From contig NIVC01002993.1 in NCBI GenBank assembly GCA_002269645.1, positions 62,001-126,000 of the forward strand: 64,000 nucleotides of DNA. Reading direction: 5' to 3'. The stretch is from Macrostomum lignano (taxonomy: Eukaryota). The notes beneath the pieces are model-generated. The model did no database searches and had not been told where the DNA came from. It saw only the letters and a program-made list of their open reading frames with translations. Of the stretch, positions 40,272 to 55,095 are shown piece after piece (positions within the stretch are counted from its first letter, which is position 1; every line of letters begins with the position of its first letter). The translations under genes were made by a program, and so were the position numbers.

Positions 40272-40555
40272 ACGGCCACCTTGGCTGATTTGATTGTATT
40301 GAAGAAGAACTGGGCAATCTCGCGCTCGAACACTCGAACCCGACGCCATTCAAGCGGCACCAGCTGCTTGGGCCCGCGGTCCGAGTCACCGTTGGGGGCG
40401 GCCTCGCCGCCAGCTTGAATTTGCACATTCAAGCGCCAGAAAGTCTCCGGCTTAAATGACTGGATTCGATCGTGCCGAGTAACACAGAAGCCCAGAGTTG
40501 GAGTCTGGCAGGGTCCGTAGGAGATGCAGTTGCTGTCCAGATTGCCGTATTTGCC
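40272..40555 (-). CDS. TOP3B: TOP3B exon 4
   Basis: cgcag|GGC gives [40 protein letters not shown]...[13 protein letters not shown]; donor GT|gtaagt. Confidence 0.96.
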
Positions 40556-40649
40556 CTGCGTATAATTGGTACGAGTAGACGAGTACTTGTTATATTAGAT
40601 TGACACACGTAATATCCAATTTATGCCACAGCTTTATACAGATTCATGG

Positions 40650-41960
40650 GAAAAGAAAAGAGATGGATGGGAGAGAGAGAATGGATAGATGGGGGGAGAA
40701 ATAATGGATAGATGGGAGAGAGAATGGATAGATTGGGAGAGAGAATGGATAGATAAGGAGAGAGAATGGATAGATGGGGAGAATGGATAGATGGGGAGAG
40801 AGAATGTATAAATTGGGAGAGAGAATGGATAGATAAGGAGAGAGAATGGATAGATAAGGAGAGAGATTGGATAGATGGGGAGAATGGATAGATGGGGAGA
40901 GAGAATGGATAGATGGGGAGTAAATGAATAGATGGAGAGAATGGATAGATAAGGAGAGATAATGGATAGATGGGGAGAATGGATAGATGGGGAGAGAGAA
41001 TGGATAGATGGGGAGAGAGAATGGATAGATGAGGAGAGAATGGATAGATGGGGATAGAGAATGGATAGATGAGGAGAGAATGGATAGATGCGGAGAATGG
41101 ATAGATGAGGAGAGAATGGATAGATGGGGAGAGAGAATGGATAATGGGGATAGAGAATGGATAGATGAGGAGAGAATGGATAGATGGGGAGAGAGAATGG
41201 ATAGATGGGGAGAGAGAATGGATAGATGGGGAGAGAGAATGGATAGATGGGGAGAGAGAATGGATAGATGGGGAGAGAGAATGGATAGATGGGGAGTAAA
41301 TGAATAGATGGAGAGAATGGATAGATAAGGAGAGATAATGGATAGATGGGGAGAATGGATAGATGGGGAGAGAGAATGGATAGATGGGGAGAGAGAATGG
41401 ATAGATGAGGAGAGAATGGATAGATGGGGATAGAGAATGGATAGATGAGGAGAGAATGGATAGATGCGGAGAATGGATAGATGAGGAGAGAATGGATAGA
41501 TGGGGAGAGAGAATGGATAATGGGGATAGAGAATGGATAGATGAGGAGAGAATGGATAGATGGGGAGAGAGAATGGATAGATGGGGAGAGAGAATGGATA
41601 ATGGGGATAGAGAATGGATAGATGAGGAGAGAATGGATAGTAGGGGATAGAGAATGGATAGATGGGGAGAGAGAATGGATAGATGGGGAGAGAGAATGGA
41701 TAGATGGGGAGAGAGAATGGATAGATGGGGAGAGAGAATGGATAGATGCGGAGAATGGATATATGCGGAGAAGAATGTATAGATGGGGAGAGAGAATGGA
41801 TAGATGGGGAGAGAGAATGGATAGATGGGGAGAGAGAATGGATAGATGGGGAGAGAGAATGGATAGATGCGGAGAATGGATATATGCGGAGAAGAATGTA
41901 TAGATGGGGAGAGAGAATGGATAGATGGGGAGAGAGAATGGATAGATGGAGAAAAAGAGA
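40650..41960. repeat. ~21-bp purine-rich minisatellite (atggatagatggggagagaga)
   Basis: Direct inspection; contains a ~376-bp higher-order duplication. Confidence 0.93.
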
Positions 41961-42549
41961 ATGGATGAATATTGTGAGAGAGGCTGAGCTCGATGCGAGA
42001 AACCAGTGACAGACACACAGAATACAGCCCCGAAGAGGTCGGAATGCTAGTTAAGCCTTCTTTCAGTTAGTTGAGCTAATTTCTATTTATAGGCAACTAG
42101 CCGCACATTCATGAATATACAACACACGCACGCGGCTGCATTTAACTCCGATAGAAAACACAGTCTGCTGATAAGTTCAAATGCCCTTTGGAAAGGCTAG
42201 AACTAAAGTTAGCGAGTCATACTAATCAGATTTGATGTACTGTGAACTGTACTGTACTGTGCAGTGCAACAGTAAAGCAGGCTTGCAGAACAGTTTCAGG
42301 ACAGGCAAACCGATTTTTTTCTTCTGTGCAAGCTTAGCCTGCTAATAATTTATTGCCCCGAGGAAAATATTCCATTATTCTAAACTGCAATGACGCATTT
42401 AGCCTGTTCATATAACGTATTTTATAATATGCGCCATTGGATAAGCACCGTATTGTTCTGTCTCAATGGGTAATCGATCATGTGTCACAATTTTTTGTTT
42501 CTCTGCTTTTCCTCTGTCCTTGCTTGTGTCACGCTCTCTACTTTTTTTC

Positions 42550-44490
42550 TGTCTCATCCTCAGTCATTTGTGTCACCATAGCTCTTTTATTCAGCTCTTC
42601 CTTTCATCCTCAGTCCTTTGTGTCACTCTCTCTTCTTTATTCTTCTCTCTGTCTTTCATCCTCAGTCATTTGTGTCACTCTCTCTTCTTTATTCTTCTCT
42701 CTGTCTTCATCCTCAGTCATTTGTGTCACTCTCTCTTCTTTATTCTTCTCTCTGTCTTCATCCTCAGTCATTTGTGTCACTCTCTCTTCTTTATTCTTCT
42801 CTCTGTCTTCATCCTCAGTCATTTGTGTCACTCTCTCTTCTTTATTCTTCTCTCTGTATTCATCCTCAGTCATTTGTGTCACTCTCTCTTCTTTATTCTT
42901 CTCTCTGTCTTCATCCTCAGTCCTTTGTGTCACTCTCTCTTCTATATTCTTCTCTCTGTATTCATCCTCAGTCATTTGTGTCACTCTCTCTTCTTTATTC
43001 TTCTCTCTGTATTCATCCTCAGTCATTTGTGTCACTCTCTCTTCTTTATTCTTCTCTCTGTCTTTCATCCTCAGTCATTTGTGTCACTCTCTCTTCTTTA
43101 TTCTTCTCTCTGTCTTCATCCTCAGTCATTTGTGTCACTCTCTCTTCTTTATTCTTCTCTCTGTCTTCATCCTCAGTCATTTGTGTCACTCTCTCTTCTT
43201 TATTCTTCTCTCTGTATTCATCCTCAGTCATTTGTGTCACTCTCTCTTCTTTATTCTTCTCTCTGTCTTCATCCTCAGTCCTTTGTGTCACTCTCTCTTC
43301 TATATTCTTCTCTCTGTATTCATCCTCAGTCATTTGTGTCACTCTCTCTTCTTTATTCTTCTCTCTGTCTTTCATCCTCAGTCATTTGTGTCACTCTCTC
43401 TTCTTTATTCTTCTCTCTGTCTTCATCCTCAGTCATTTGTGTCACTCTCTCTTCTTTATTCTTCTCTCTGTCTTCATCCTCAGTCATTTGTGTCACTCTC
43501 TCTTCTTTATTCTTCTCTCTGTCTTCATCCTCAGTCATTTGTGTCACTCTCTCTTCTTTATTCTTCTCTCTGTCTTCATCCTCAGTCCTTTGTGTCACTC
43601 TCTCTTCTATATTCTTCTCTCTGTATTCATCCTCAGTCATTTGTGTCACTCTCTCTTCTTTATTCTTCTCTCTGTCTTTCATCCTCAGTCATTTGTCACT
43701 CTCTATTCTTCTCTCTGTATTCATCCTCAGTCATTTGTGTCACTCTCTCTTCTTTATTCTTCTCTCTGTCTTTCATCCTCAGTCATTTGTGTCACTCTCT
43801 CTTCTTTATTCTTCTCTCTGTCTTCATCCTCAGTCATTTGTGTCACTCTCTCTTCTTTATTCTTCTCTCTGTCTTCATCCTCAGTCCTTTGTGTCACTCT
43901 CTCTTCTGTATTCTTCTCTCTGTCTTCATCCTCAGTCCTTTGTGTCACTCTCTCTTCTTTATTCTTCTCTCTGTATTCATCCTCAGTCATTTGTGTCACT
44001 CTCTCTTCTTTATTCTTCTCTCTGTCTTCATCCTCAGTCCTTTGTGTCACTCTTGCTCACTTCTGTCTGCGTACGTCTTTCATTGTGTCACTCTTTCTTG
44101 CTCACCCCACTCTGCTTCCGCCTTTCATTGTGTCACTCTTTATTGCTCACTCCTGTCTGCCTCCGCCTTTCATTGTGTCACTCTTTATTGCTCACTCCTG
44201 TCTGCCTCCGCCTTTCATTGTGTCACTCTTTATTGCTCACTCCTGTCTGCCTCCGCCTTTCATTGTGTCACTCTTTCTTGCTGACTCCTGTCTGCCCCCG
44301 TCTTTCATTGTGTCACTCTTTCTTGTTCACTCCTCTCTGCTTCCGCCTTTCATTGTGTCACTCTTTCTTGCTCACTCCTGTCTGCTTCCGCCTTTCATTG
44401 TGTCACTTTCTTGCTCACTCCATTATGCCCCCGTCTTTCATTGTGTAACTCTTTATTGCTCACTCTTGTCTGCCCCCGCCTTTCATTGTC
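42550..44490. repeat. 51-bp minisatellite (tcatcctcagtcatttgtgtcactc...) grading into a related 45-bp array after ~44050
   Basis: Periods 51 (42661, 42712) and 45 (44122, 44167); both share tgtgtcactct. Confidence 0.93.
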
Positions 44491-44597
44491 ACTCCGTCTC
44501 CAAGATACAAAACAGAAGACACAGCTAGTTAAAGTTTAACAAAATCGTGTCTAGAACAGAGCAATAGTGCACTAAAAGTTAAAAGAAATACCCGAAC

Positions 44598-44765
44598 CTG
44601 AAAGAACTTTGTCTGGAAGCGGGTGAAGGCGCATCCAATTCGCAGGTCCAGCTCTTGCCTGGCATCAACCGAGATTGCCTCCTTCTCGTTGGGCCGGCCC
44701 AGATTCTGCATAGCGTGATTGATCTCCTGGCTGGTGATGGCGCTGAACTTGGCTCTGTACGTATT
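44598..44765 (-). CDS. TOP3B: TOP3B exon 3
   Basis: ttgtag|AAT gives [11 protein letters not shown]...[25 protein letters not shown]; donor CAG|gttcgg. Confidence 0.93.
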
Positions 44766-44894
44766 CTACAATGGTTTTAATAGGCTTTCCTTGCACTAAA
44801 AAGGAACAGTTGGACTAACAATACTCTTAGTATATCCACTATACAAATATTCTTTGTCTCTATCTATAGTCACAAAATCGCCAATGAACTAACA

Positions 44895-47697
44895 TACAAG
44901 GATCTACTGACACACGGATCTACTGACACACGGATCTACTGACACACTGATCTACTGACACACGGATCTACTGACACACGGATCTACTGACACACGGATC
45001 TACTGACACACTGATCTACTGACACACTGATCTACTGACACACTGATCTACTGACACACTGATCTACTGACACACGGATCTACTGACACACTGATCTACT
45101 GACACACTGATCTACTGACACACTGATCTGCTGACACACGGATCTAGTGACACACTGATCTACTGACACACTGATCTGCTGACACACGGATCTAGTGACA
45201 CACTGATCTACTGACACACTGATCTACTGACACAAGTACTAACTGACACACGGATCTACTGACACACTGATCTACTGACACACTGATCTACTGACACACT
45301 GATCTACTGACACACTGATCTGCTGACACACGGATCTAGTGACACACTGATCTACTGACACACTGATCTACTGACACACTGATCTGCTGACACACGGATC
45401 TAGTGACACACTGATCTACTGACATACTGATCTACTGACACAAGTACTAACTGACACACGGATCTACTGACACACTGATCTACTGACACACTGATCTACT
45501 GACACACTGATCTACTGACACACTGATCTGCTGACACACGGATCTAGTGACACACTGATCTACTGACACACTGATCTACTGACACAAGTACTAACTAACA
45601 CACTGATCTACTGACACACTGATCTGCTGACACACGGATCTAGTGACACACTGATCTACTGACACACTGATCTACTGACACACTGATCTGCTGACACACG
45701 GATCTAGTGACACACTGATCTACTGACACACTGATCTACTGACACAAGTACTAACTGACACACGGATCTACTGACACACTGATCTACTGACACACTGATC
45801 TACTGACACACTGATCTACTGACACACTGATCTACTGACACACTGATCTACTGACACACTGATCTACTGACACACTGATCTACTGACACACTGATCTACT
45901 GACACACTGATCTACTGACACACTGATCTACTGACACACTGATCTACTGACACACTGATCTACTGACACACTGATCTACTGACACAAGTACTAACTAACA
46001 CACTGATCTACTGACACACTGATCTGCTGACACACGGATCTAGTGACACACTGATCTACTGACACACTGATCTACTGACACACTGATCTGCTGACACACG
46101 GATCTAGTGACACACTGATCTACTGACACACTGATCTACTGACACAAGTACTAACTGACACACGGATCTACTGACACACTGATCTACTGACACACTGATC
46201 TACTGACACACTGATCTACTGACACACTGATCTACTGACACACTGATCTACTGACACACTGATCTACTGACACACTGATCTACTGACACACGGATCTACT
46301 GACACACTGATCTACTGACACACTGATCTGCTGACACACGGATCTACTGACACACTGATCTACTGACACACTGATCTGCTGACACACGGATCTAGTGACA
46401 CACTGATCTACTGACACACTGATCTACTGACACACTGATCTACTGACACACGGATCTACTGACACACTGATCTACTGACACACTGATCTACTGACACACT
46501 GATCTACTGACACAAGTACTAACTGACACACGGATCTACTGACACACTGATCTACTGACACACTGATCTACTGACACACTGATCTACTGACACACTGATC
46601 TACTGACACACTGATCTACTGACACACTGATCTACTGACACACTGATCTACTGACACACTGATCTACTGACACACTGATCTACTGACACACTGATCTACT
46701 GACACACTGATCTGCTGACACACGGATCTAGTGACACACTGATCTACTGACACACTGATCTACTGACACAAGTACTAACTAACACACTGATCTACTGACA
46801 CACTGATCTGCTGACACACGGATCTAGTGACACACTGATCTACTGACACACTGATCTACTGACACACTGATCTGCTGACACACGGATCTAGTGACACACT
46901 GATCTACTGACACACTGATCTACTGACACAAGTACTAACTGACACACGGATCTACTGACACACTGATCTACTGACACACTGATCTACTGACACACTGATC
47001 TACTGACACACGGATCTACTGACACACTGATCTACTGACACAAGTACTAACTGACACACGGATCTACTGACACACTGATCTACTGACACACTGATCTACT
47101 GACACACTGATCTACTGACACACTGATCTACTGACACACTGATCTACTGACACACTGATCTACTGACACACTGATCTACTGACACACTGATCTACTGACA
47201 CACGGATCTACTGACACACGGATCTACTGACACAAGTACTAACTAACACACTGATCTACTGACACACTGATCTGCTGACACACGGATCTAGTGACACACT
47301 GATCTACTGACACACTGATCTACTGACACACTGATCTGCTGACACACGGATCTAGTGACACACTGATCTACTGACACACTGATCTACTGACACAAGTACT
47401 AACTGACACACGGATCTACTGACACACTGATCTACTGACACACTGATCTACTGACACACTGATCTACTGACACACGGATCTACTGACACACTGATCTACT
47501 GACACAAGTACTAACTGACACACGGATCTACTGACACACTGATCTACTGACACACTGATCTACTGACACACTGATCTACTGACACACTGATCTACTGACA
47601 CACTGATCTACTGACACACTGATCTACTGACACACTGATCTACTGACACACTGATCTACTGACACACGGATCTACTGACACACGGATCTACTGACAG
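44895..47697. repeat. 16-bp minisatellite (gatctactgacacact)
   Basis: About 170 units with recurring variants. Confidence 0.97.
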
Positions 47698-47731
47698 AAG
47701 AGATCTGACTGCAACGAAAATTCTCGCCCAC

Positions 47732-47920
47732 CTGCGGAGTCAAACGCATAGCTTCGGACACAGCCTCGATGACCTCGAAGCAGATGTTCTCGCCCTCTTT
47801 ATCGCAGTCCAGCCACAGCACCAGGACATCGCAGCCGCGAGCCTCTCTGGCTAGAAAGGCGGGCATCTTCAAGCCGGGAGAGGCCTCCTTCTTTTGAGTC
47901 TCCGCGACAAACAGCTCGGC
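47732..47920 (-). CDS. TOP3B: TOP3B exon 2 (TOPRIM DxD motif)
   Basis: AELFVAETQKKEA...GCDVLVLWLDCDKEGENICFEV; acceptor attaag|GCC, donor CAG|gtgggc. Confidence 0.95.
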
Positions 47921-48989
47921 CTTAATCAGAATGGAGAAGGGAAGGCAGACACAGTTGCAGCTTACGAAGCCTGAAACGTAACTAGAAAAGTGCAACCCGT
48001 CTGAAAAATGGCAATTTAATCAAGACAACCCCTCGCACCGAGGCGACATTCGCAATTAATGAAATTGCGAAATAACATGCGAATAAAGAGAATAAAAGTA
48101 CAATCAGATAAAGTGCACCCTCCTTCCTGACAAATGCTAACAAGGCTCCGTTTGAAATATTTTGAAATCAAGCAATTTACAATTTACAATTACAATTTAA
48201 CAATCAACTGTGGGTGATGCAATTTGCGTAGCAAGGTGAGGAGATAGTGGAGAGTTATGGCTAAGAGCTAGCTGCGAGTTCACGGCTCGGCAATTTTCCA
48301 TTTCCGCTTAAAGCCGCAGCGCGCACCTGCTTCTGCCGAACCCTTCAAGCATTAGGGACATTCAATATCAGAGAATGAGAAAGCTCGATCTTATAGGGTG
48401 GGCACGAAAATGACTGCGCAAATAGCGCTTGAAATGTCTGCGTGTACTTTTTTTGTCATCAACCATAGATATGCTAATCCGTCAATAAAAATAAAGACGA
48501 GAATGAGATCAAAGGTGGAAAAGGACTGAATAAGATCTTCTCGAGCTAGAGAGGTCAAAAAACACAAAACACGGGCTGGCTTGCACACTATCAACAATCA
48601 AATAATCGGCAAGGATATTAAAGGCGGTCGAAAGCAATATCATATAGCTGTTTGCGTTTTTATGGCATAAAGGATTAATATAGGAGGCTAAAGCTCAAGC
48701 AAAAAAAATTAGAGTCAATCTATTTTTGTTTTCATTTTGCATGGCAAATGTTTCTAATAGAGGCAAGCATATATCTATACACGAAATTATCCAAGGAGAA
48801 ACAAGATAAAATATTGAAATATTAAAATAATTCAGTAAAGGAGGAAAATGAAACGTTACAGTTCATAAATAAAACACATTCTGGCGAAACGGGCAGATAG
48901 AACAGAAAAAACAGACAGACATTAAGACACTAAGACAGACGGAGAGACAAGACACAGAGACACAAACAGACGGACACAGACAAACAGGC

Positions 48990-49500
<511 letters not shown>

Positions 49501-49525
49501 TAGAACTGATGCGCACAAAGCTCAC

Positions 49526-49759
49526 CGGATCGCAGCGGTCCCAGTTGTTATACTTGGGCAGAAAGTCCAGCGACATGACGTGGCCGCAGACGCTGGTCAT
49601 GCGAAAGCTGACCGGCTCGGAGCGGAAATTGCCGCGCCATTCGTGAACGCTACAGGCATTGTTAAAGCCTTTGCGACTGTGCGCCTGTCGGCCGGATAGA
49701 ATCTCGGATATGCTGGAAGCCAGCGAGGGCTTCTCCGATACCATCAATACGGTTCGCAT
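49526..49759 (-). CDS. TOP3B: TOP3B exon 1 (DNA/RNA topoisomerase III beta, TOPRIM start)
   Basis: MRTVLMVSEKPSLASSISEILS...MTSVCGHVMSLDF..KYNNWDRCDP; donor CCG|gtgagc. Confidence 0.96.
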
Positions 49760-49889
49760 GACTCTGCCCGGTGCGCGGCAGCGACCCTAGAGCATGAATA
49801 ACGGGAAATGGCATGGGATACGATTAGCAAAGTCTAAGTCTATGGCGCCAAATCTGTCTGTTATTTTGTTATTTAAGCGCTAAATCGAT

Positions 49890-50345
49890 CTCAAACTAGT
49901 CTTTGTTTTGCTTAAATTAATTTAAACTAATAGTCTTTGTGGCGCTTAACTTACTTAATTTAAACTAGTCTTTGTGGCGCTTAAGTACTTAATTTAAACT
50001 AGTCTTTGTGGCGCTTAAGTACTTAATTTAAACTAGTCTTTGTGGCGCTTAAGTACTTAACTTAAACTAGTCTTTGTGGCGCTTAAGTACTTAATTTAAA
50101 CTAGTCTTTGTGGCGCTTAAGTACTTAATTTAAACTAGTCTTTGTGGCGCTTAAGTACTTAATTTAAACTAGTTTTTGTGGCGCTTAAATTAATTTAAAC
50201 TAATAGTCTTTGTGGCGCTTAACTTACTTAATTTAAACTAGTCTTTGTGGCGCTTAAGTACTTAATTTAAACTAGTCTTTGTGGCGCTTAACTTACTTAA
50301 TTTAAACTATAGTTTTTGTGGCGCTTAACTTTTAACTATAGTCTT
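49890..50345. repeat. 34-bp AT-rich repeat (aaactagtctttgtggcgcttaagtacttaattt)
   Basis: Period 34 (49981, 50015). Confidence 0.9.
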
Positions 50346-50869
50346 CGTTGCCTTATTATTCATGTAATAAATATAACCAACCAGGACTTTAATGAATAAT
50401 ATATAATTTAAAAAATATTTTTAATTATTACCAAACAACTACACTGCTTTGGAATGTAAATATAGTAGCAATCATGAGAGTAAGAACGATCGCAACTGTA
50501 CGCATTGGCAGTGGGGACAGGGGGAGGGAAAGAGAGACGGTCTAGCGATCAAAAAAAATTGTAAACAGGATCAGGGAAGGAGGAGCGGCAAAAATAGGTC
50601 CAGCAGTACAAAGTAGGCTAATCTAAAACTGCGAGCCATTGGCGTCATCATCAGTTCTGCACGGCTGCCTGCCGCCACCCAAGTACTCAAGTGCGCCTGT
50701 ACCGAGGAGAGAAGGAGAGAGGAGTCGGTCGGGGAAGAGTTCACGTAGACCCTTTTGCGCGATGTGTGTGTGTGCGCGTGTGTGTGTGAGCGCGCAGGTC
50801 CTGTCCGACAAGTCAGCTGAGACTTTAAGCTCGCGGCAGTAGCAGCTCAGCCCAAGAGAACTCCTGGCG

Positions 50870-50900
50870 CTGATTGGTCCGAGTCCAATCGAATTGGGCC
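50870..50900. promoter_or_regulatory. Paired inverted CCAAT boxes in a GC-rich island upstream of TOP3B
   Basis: tgattggtccgagtccaatc within a GC-rich stretch ~50620-51080; promoter role is inferred. Confidence 0.3.
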
Positions 50901-51819
50901 AAAAATAAAAAAACACAAGGACACACGCGAGCGCGAGCATAATAATGGCGGGTGATAAACAGGGGCGGCGAGGAGGCGCTGCTGACAACTAAGAAAAGTG
51001 CATAGCGACATGGAATGCCATATTTTAATAGGGTGGGAGAGGAAGAAGGGGGTGGGGCTGTGACTGAAAAAAACACGCCTGCATGCGCATACGCTAACTG
51101 ATTAGGACAGCCCTTGTATTACCTTTAGCAAAGCTGAGAGTTAACCCTAATTAACTGCATACATTATATTTATATATTATATTTAGCAAAAAACAGCTGG
51201 CGCTAATTTGCGTCACTAGCCCTGGCCTAGCCTGAACTATCCGATGTATATTCTCCTATACATTCTTGTATATTTGAAGGTCAGGCGTATCTTTAAACGC
51301 TTCTAAGAGTCCACGATTCTCTGTCTGAATAATACTCAGTTCAATTGAAAGATGCAAGACAATGACAAAGTCTGAGAGTTAGACAAAATTGATTGCCTTA
51401 ATTAGGCAAAAGATGCAGGCCATTCATAAAACCAATTTTTTACTGATTTTTCTGTTTTGTCTCTTTGCACAACATCGCAGCAGCTGCACTCGGCAGAACG
51501 AAACAATATATGCAGTTAATAATTAATAACTACTGAGTGCCTAACAGCGTTTGAATGGCGGCTTTTGTTTTACTCAACAGTAGAAACGCTAACTATAACA
51601 AATATAGGACAGAATCAGATTCTTTCCAACAAAAAAGGCAAATGTATAAAAGCATAGTAACAGCAACAACACGAATATTGACTCGGACAAAGAAGGATGA
51701 AGCGCTTTCGCACGCTGTTTAAATACGAAATCAACTATTTTGCAAATGAATAGTTCTCTGATAGAAGCATTTGACATAATCTGCGTTGGCTTTGGCTTGC
51801 ACTTAGTGTTATCAATATT

Positions 51820-52450
51820 TTTCGAGAGTGTATATTGGCTCTGAAAAGGGGCTGAGGGGTAGGCTAGGTTAGAAGAGTGTACATTGGCTCCGATAAGGGG
51901 CCGAGGGGGTAGGCTAGACTAGAAGAGTGTACATTGGCTCCGATAAGGGGCTGAGGGGGTAGGCTAGACTAGAAGAGTGTACATTGGCTCCGATAAGGGG
52001 CTGAGGGGGTAGGCTAGACTAGAAGAGTGTACATTGGCTCCGATAAGGGGCTGAGGGGGTAGGCTAGACTAGAAGAGTGTACATTGGCTCCGATAAGGGG
52101 CTGAGGGGGTAGGCTAGACTAGAAGAGTGTACATTGGCTCCGATAAGGGGCTGAGGGGGTAGGCTAGGCTAGAAGAGTGTACATTGGCTCCGATAAGGGG
52201 CTGAGGGGGTAGGCTAGGCTAGAAGAGTGTACATTGGCTCCGATAAGGGGCTGAGGGGTAGGCTAGACTAGAAGAGTGTACATTGGCTCCGATAAGGGCC
52301 GAGGGGGTAGGCTAGACTAGAAGAGTGTACATTGGCTCCGATAAGGGGCTGAGGGGGTAGGCTAGACTAGAAGAGTGTACATTGGCTCCGATAAGGGGCT
52401 GAGGGGGTAGGCTAGACTAGAAGAGTGTACATCGGCTCCAATAAAGGGCT
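51820..52450. repeat. 50-bp minisatellite (agaagagtgtacattggctccgataaggggctgagggggtaggctagact)
   Basis: Period 50 (51971, 52021), about 12 copies. Confidence 0.95.
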
Positions 52451-53239
52451 GTAGGAGTGTGCATTGGCTCTGGATTGGGTTTGGACAAGCCTCAGTGAGA
52501 ATGTAGAGTCTAAATTCGTTATTTCGATACACAAAGCGACAACAGCATACGAGAAAGATATTGGAAACGAGCAAAGCTGTGTAAACGGTCGCCTAGTTTA
52601 AATACAGAAAACATTCACAGTCGCTAAAAAAACAATGGAAAATGCCATGCTTGCACTTATTCTCTGTCGTTTGTGAATAAACAATGAAATACAGCTCGTA
52701 TGCTAGCAACACAAAGGATCTAGTTTGCAATATAAAAAGTGCAACTAGAGCACTCACTGCCTTTGCCTCACAGTTACAATTTTAAATGAACCGAAAATTT
52801 TCAATTACTTTTAAAAAAGTGCCGAAAAGCAAAATTCTGGAATTTAGGACATAAAAACATCGGATAGAAGACAAATTTAATTAAATTGAGTTCGCACAAT
52901 AAACAATATATGCAATAACAAATAGTGCAGTACAGATTCTTGCTATAATAATCCGAATACGAAAGAGCTCTCTACAAAAAAGGACAACAATTGTTTCGAT
53001 TACAATATGAAACAGGTCTAGCAAGCTAGAGATCATATTCAGGATTAAACATAAATGACAAAGTAACGATACGCACAAACGGATACTTAGGCCTCTAGCT
53101 GATTGAGGCCTAGAAGTGCCTGCAAAAGAACAAAAATGTCCCCTATTTGCTCCATATTGACACTTCACAGACGGTAAAAAACAGGCGCAGAAAAATTGTA
53201 TTAAAGCAGAAAAATGAAATTAAATGTGAAGTTTAAAAC

Positions 53240-53556
53240 AATAATATAATATAATAATTGATTACGCCTGCTCCCAATTGGGCCAGATGTGCAACCGACA
53301 GCTCAGCCGCAGCTATTGCGCAGCGCATTTGAAGGCTGCGTACGGCTGTTCAGTCCAAGGACTGGGGGGTCACCACACACACCCTGAATTACCCCAGCTA
53401 ATGCTGGCACCCATTTTACAGCTGGGTGAACTGACGCAATGCAGGGTTAAGTGTCTTGCTCAAGGACACAAATTGTTCCACTGGGATCGGGAATCGAACC
53501 CCCGACCTTCAAGTCGTGAGTCCGTTGCTCTCTAACCACTATAGGCTACAACACCC
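53240..53556 (-). mobile_element. tRNA-derived SINE with CORE (MIR-like) domain
   Basis: Minus strand: A-box-like TAGCCTATAGTGG, B-box GGTTCGATTCC (53490-53500), then GTGTCCTTGAGCAAGACACTTAACC...TCAGTT...CTGTAAAATGGG resembling the CORE consensus, and an ATT-rich tail. Confidence 0.85.
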
Positions 53557-53822
53557 TAGGATTGCAGTTTAGAAACAGAAGTAGAGGATCAGTAAGGGAA
53601 ATATCGAATAGTTAATCCAGCATTTAGCAAACCTGGATCTCAGATCTGCCTCTCCGACCCTTCAGTGTGTACTCGTGTCTACCATCCAAAACCTCAACGA
53701 TATGCATAGCGTGTGAATCGCACTTTTAAAGTATGGAAGAGACGTGGAGTAGCGATAAAAATTATATGAGTCTCGTGTATATATTATCGTGTGATAAAAC
53801 TGCGATTTCAATTGTTAGCCAT

Positions 53823-54095
53823 TCACGGCTGCTGTGGTTTCGGCCGCTTCCTAGGCGGACCAAGCGGCGGCGTGGCTTGCATAGCCAGGGCTTTAAAGGC
53901 CTCGGCAACCAGGTGCGGCTGGCGCCGGACCATCTGGGCCCAGCCGGCTGACTCCGTCACTTCGTTGGCGTGGCCCAGCAGGTAGTCGCAGGCGTGCTGC
54001 CTGAGCTGCTCGGCAGAGTGCAAGTCGGCCAGCACTAGGCAGTCGCACGTGTTCTCAACTGTGAGGCTGGCAGCTAAAGACTCTTCGCACATCAC
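53823..54095 (-). CDS. SPOP: SPOP last exon (BACK-like region and NLS)
   Basis: VMCEESL...LVLADLHSAEQLR...HLVAEAFKALA...GPPRKRPK*; acceptor atttcag|GTG. Confidence 0.95.
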   Translation of the reverse strand: MMCEESLAASLTVENTCDCLVLADLHSAEQLRQHACDYLLGHANEVTESAGWAQMVRRQPHLVAEAFKALAMQATPPLGPPRKRPKPQQP

Positions 54096-54129
54096 CTGAA
54101 ATTCAATATGAAATGGATTTTGGAAGCCA

Positions 54130-55095
54130 AAATGTCAGATTAGTAGCTGGAAATTTCAGATTAGTAGTTTGAGGTGTCAGATTAGTAGTTTGAGATGTCA
54201 GATTAGTAGTTTGAGATGTCAGATTAGTAGTTTGAAATGTCAGATCAATAGCTTGAGATGTCAGATTAGTAGCTGGAAATGTCAGATCAATAGCTTGAGA
54301 TGTCAGATTAGTAGCTGGAAATGTCAGATCAATAGCTTGAGATGTCAGATTAGTAGCTGGAAATGTCAGATCAATAGCTTGAGATGTCAAATTAGTAGCT
54401 GGAAATGTCAGATTAGTAGCTGGAAATGTCAGATTAGTAGCTTGAAATGTCAGATTAGTAGCTGGAAATGTCAGATTAGTAGCTGGAAATGTCAGATCAA
54501 TAGCTGGAAATGTCAGATTAGTAGCTTGAAATGTCAGATTAGTAGCTGGAAATGTCAGATTAGTAGCCGGAAATGTCAGGTTAGTAGTTTGAGATGTCAG
54601 ATTAGTAGTTTGAGATGTCAGATTAGTAGCTGGAAATGTCAGTTTAGTAGCTTGAGATGTCAGATTAGTAGCTGGAAATGTCAGATCAATAGCTTGAAAT
54701 GTCAGATTAGTAGCTGGAAATGTCAGTTTAGTAGCTGGAAATGCCAGATTAGTAGCTGGAAATGTCAGATTAGTAGCCGGAAATGTCAGATTAGTAGCCG
54801 GAAATGTCAGATTAGTAGCTTGAGATGTCAGATTAGTAGTTTGAGATGTCAGATTAGTAGCTGGAAATGTCAGTTTAGTAGCTTGAGATGTCAGATTAGT
54901 AGCTGGAAATGTCAGATCAATAGCTTGAAATGTCAGATTAGTAGCTGGAAATGTCAGATCAATAGCTTGAAATGTCAGATTAGTAGCTGGAATGTCAGAT
55001 CAATAGCTTGAAATGTCAGATTAGTAGCTTGAGATGTCAGATTAGTAGCTGGAAATGTCAGATTAGTAGCTTGAGATGTCAGATTTTAGTAGACT
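54130..55095. repeat. 21-bp minisatellite (aatgtcagattagtagctgga)
   Basis: Direct inspection. Confidence 0.95.

Noticed and set aside
50623-51076. Overlapping short ORFs in the GC-rich island
   Set aside because: Non-ATG starts, an internal CA repeat and no motifs; better explained as promoter or UTR sequence.
51820-52450. Regular arrays here and at 61640-61900 as CRISPR candidates
   Set aside because: Head-to-tail repeats with no unique spacers.
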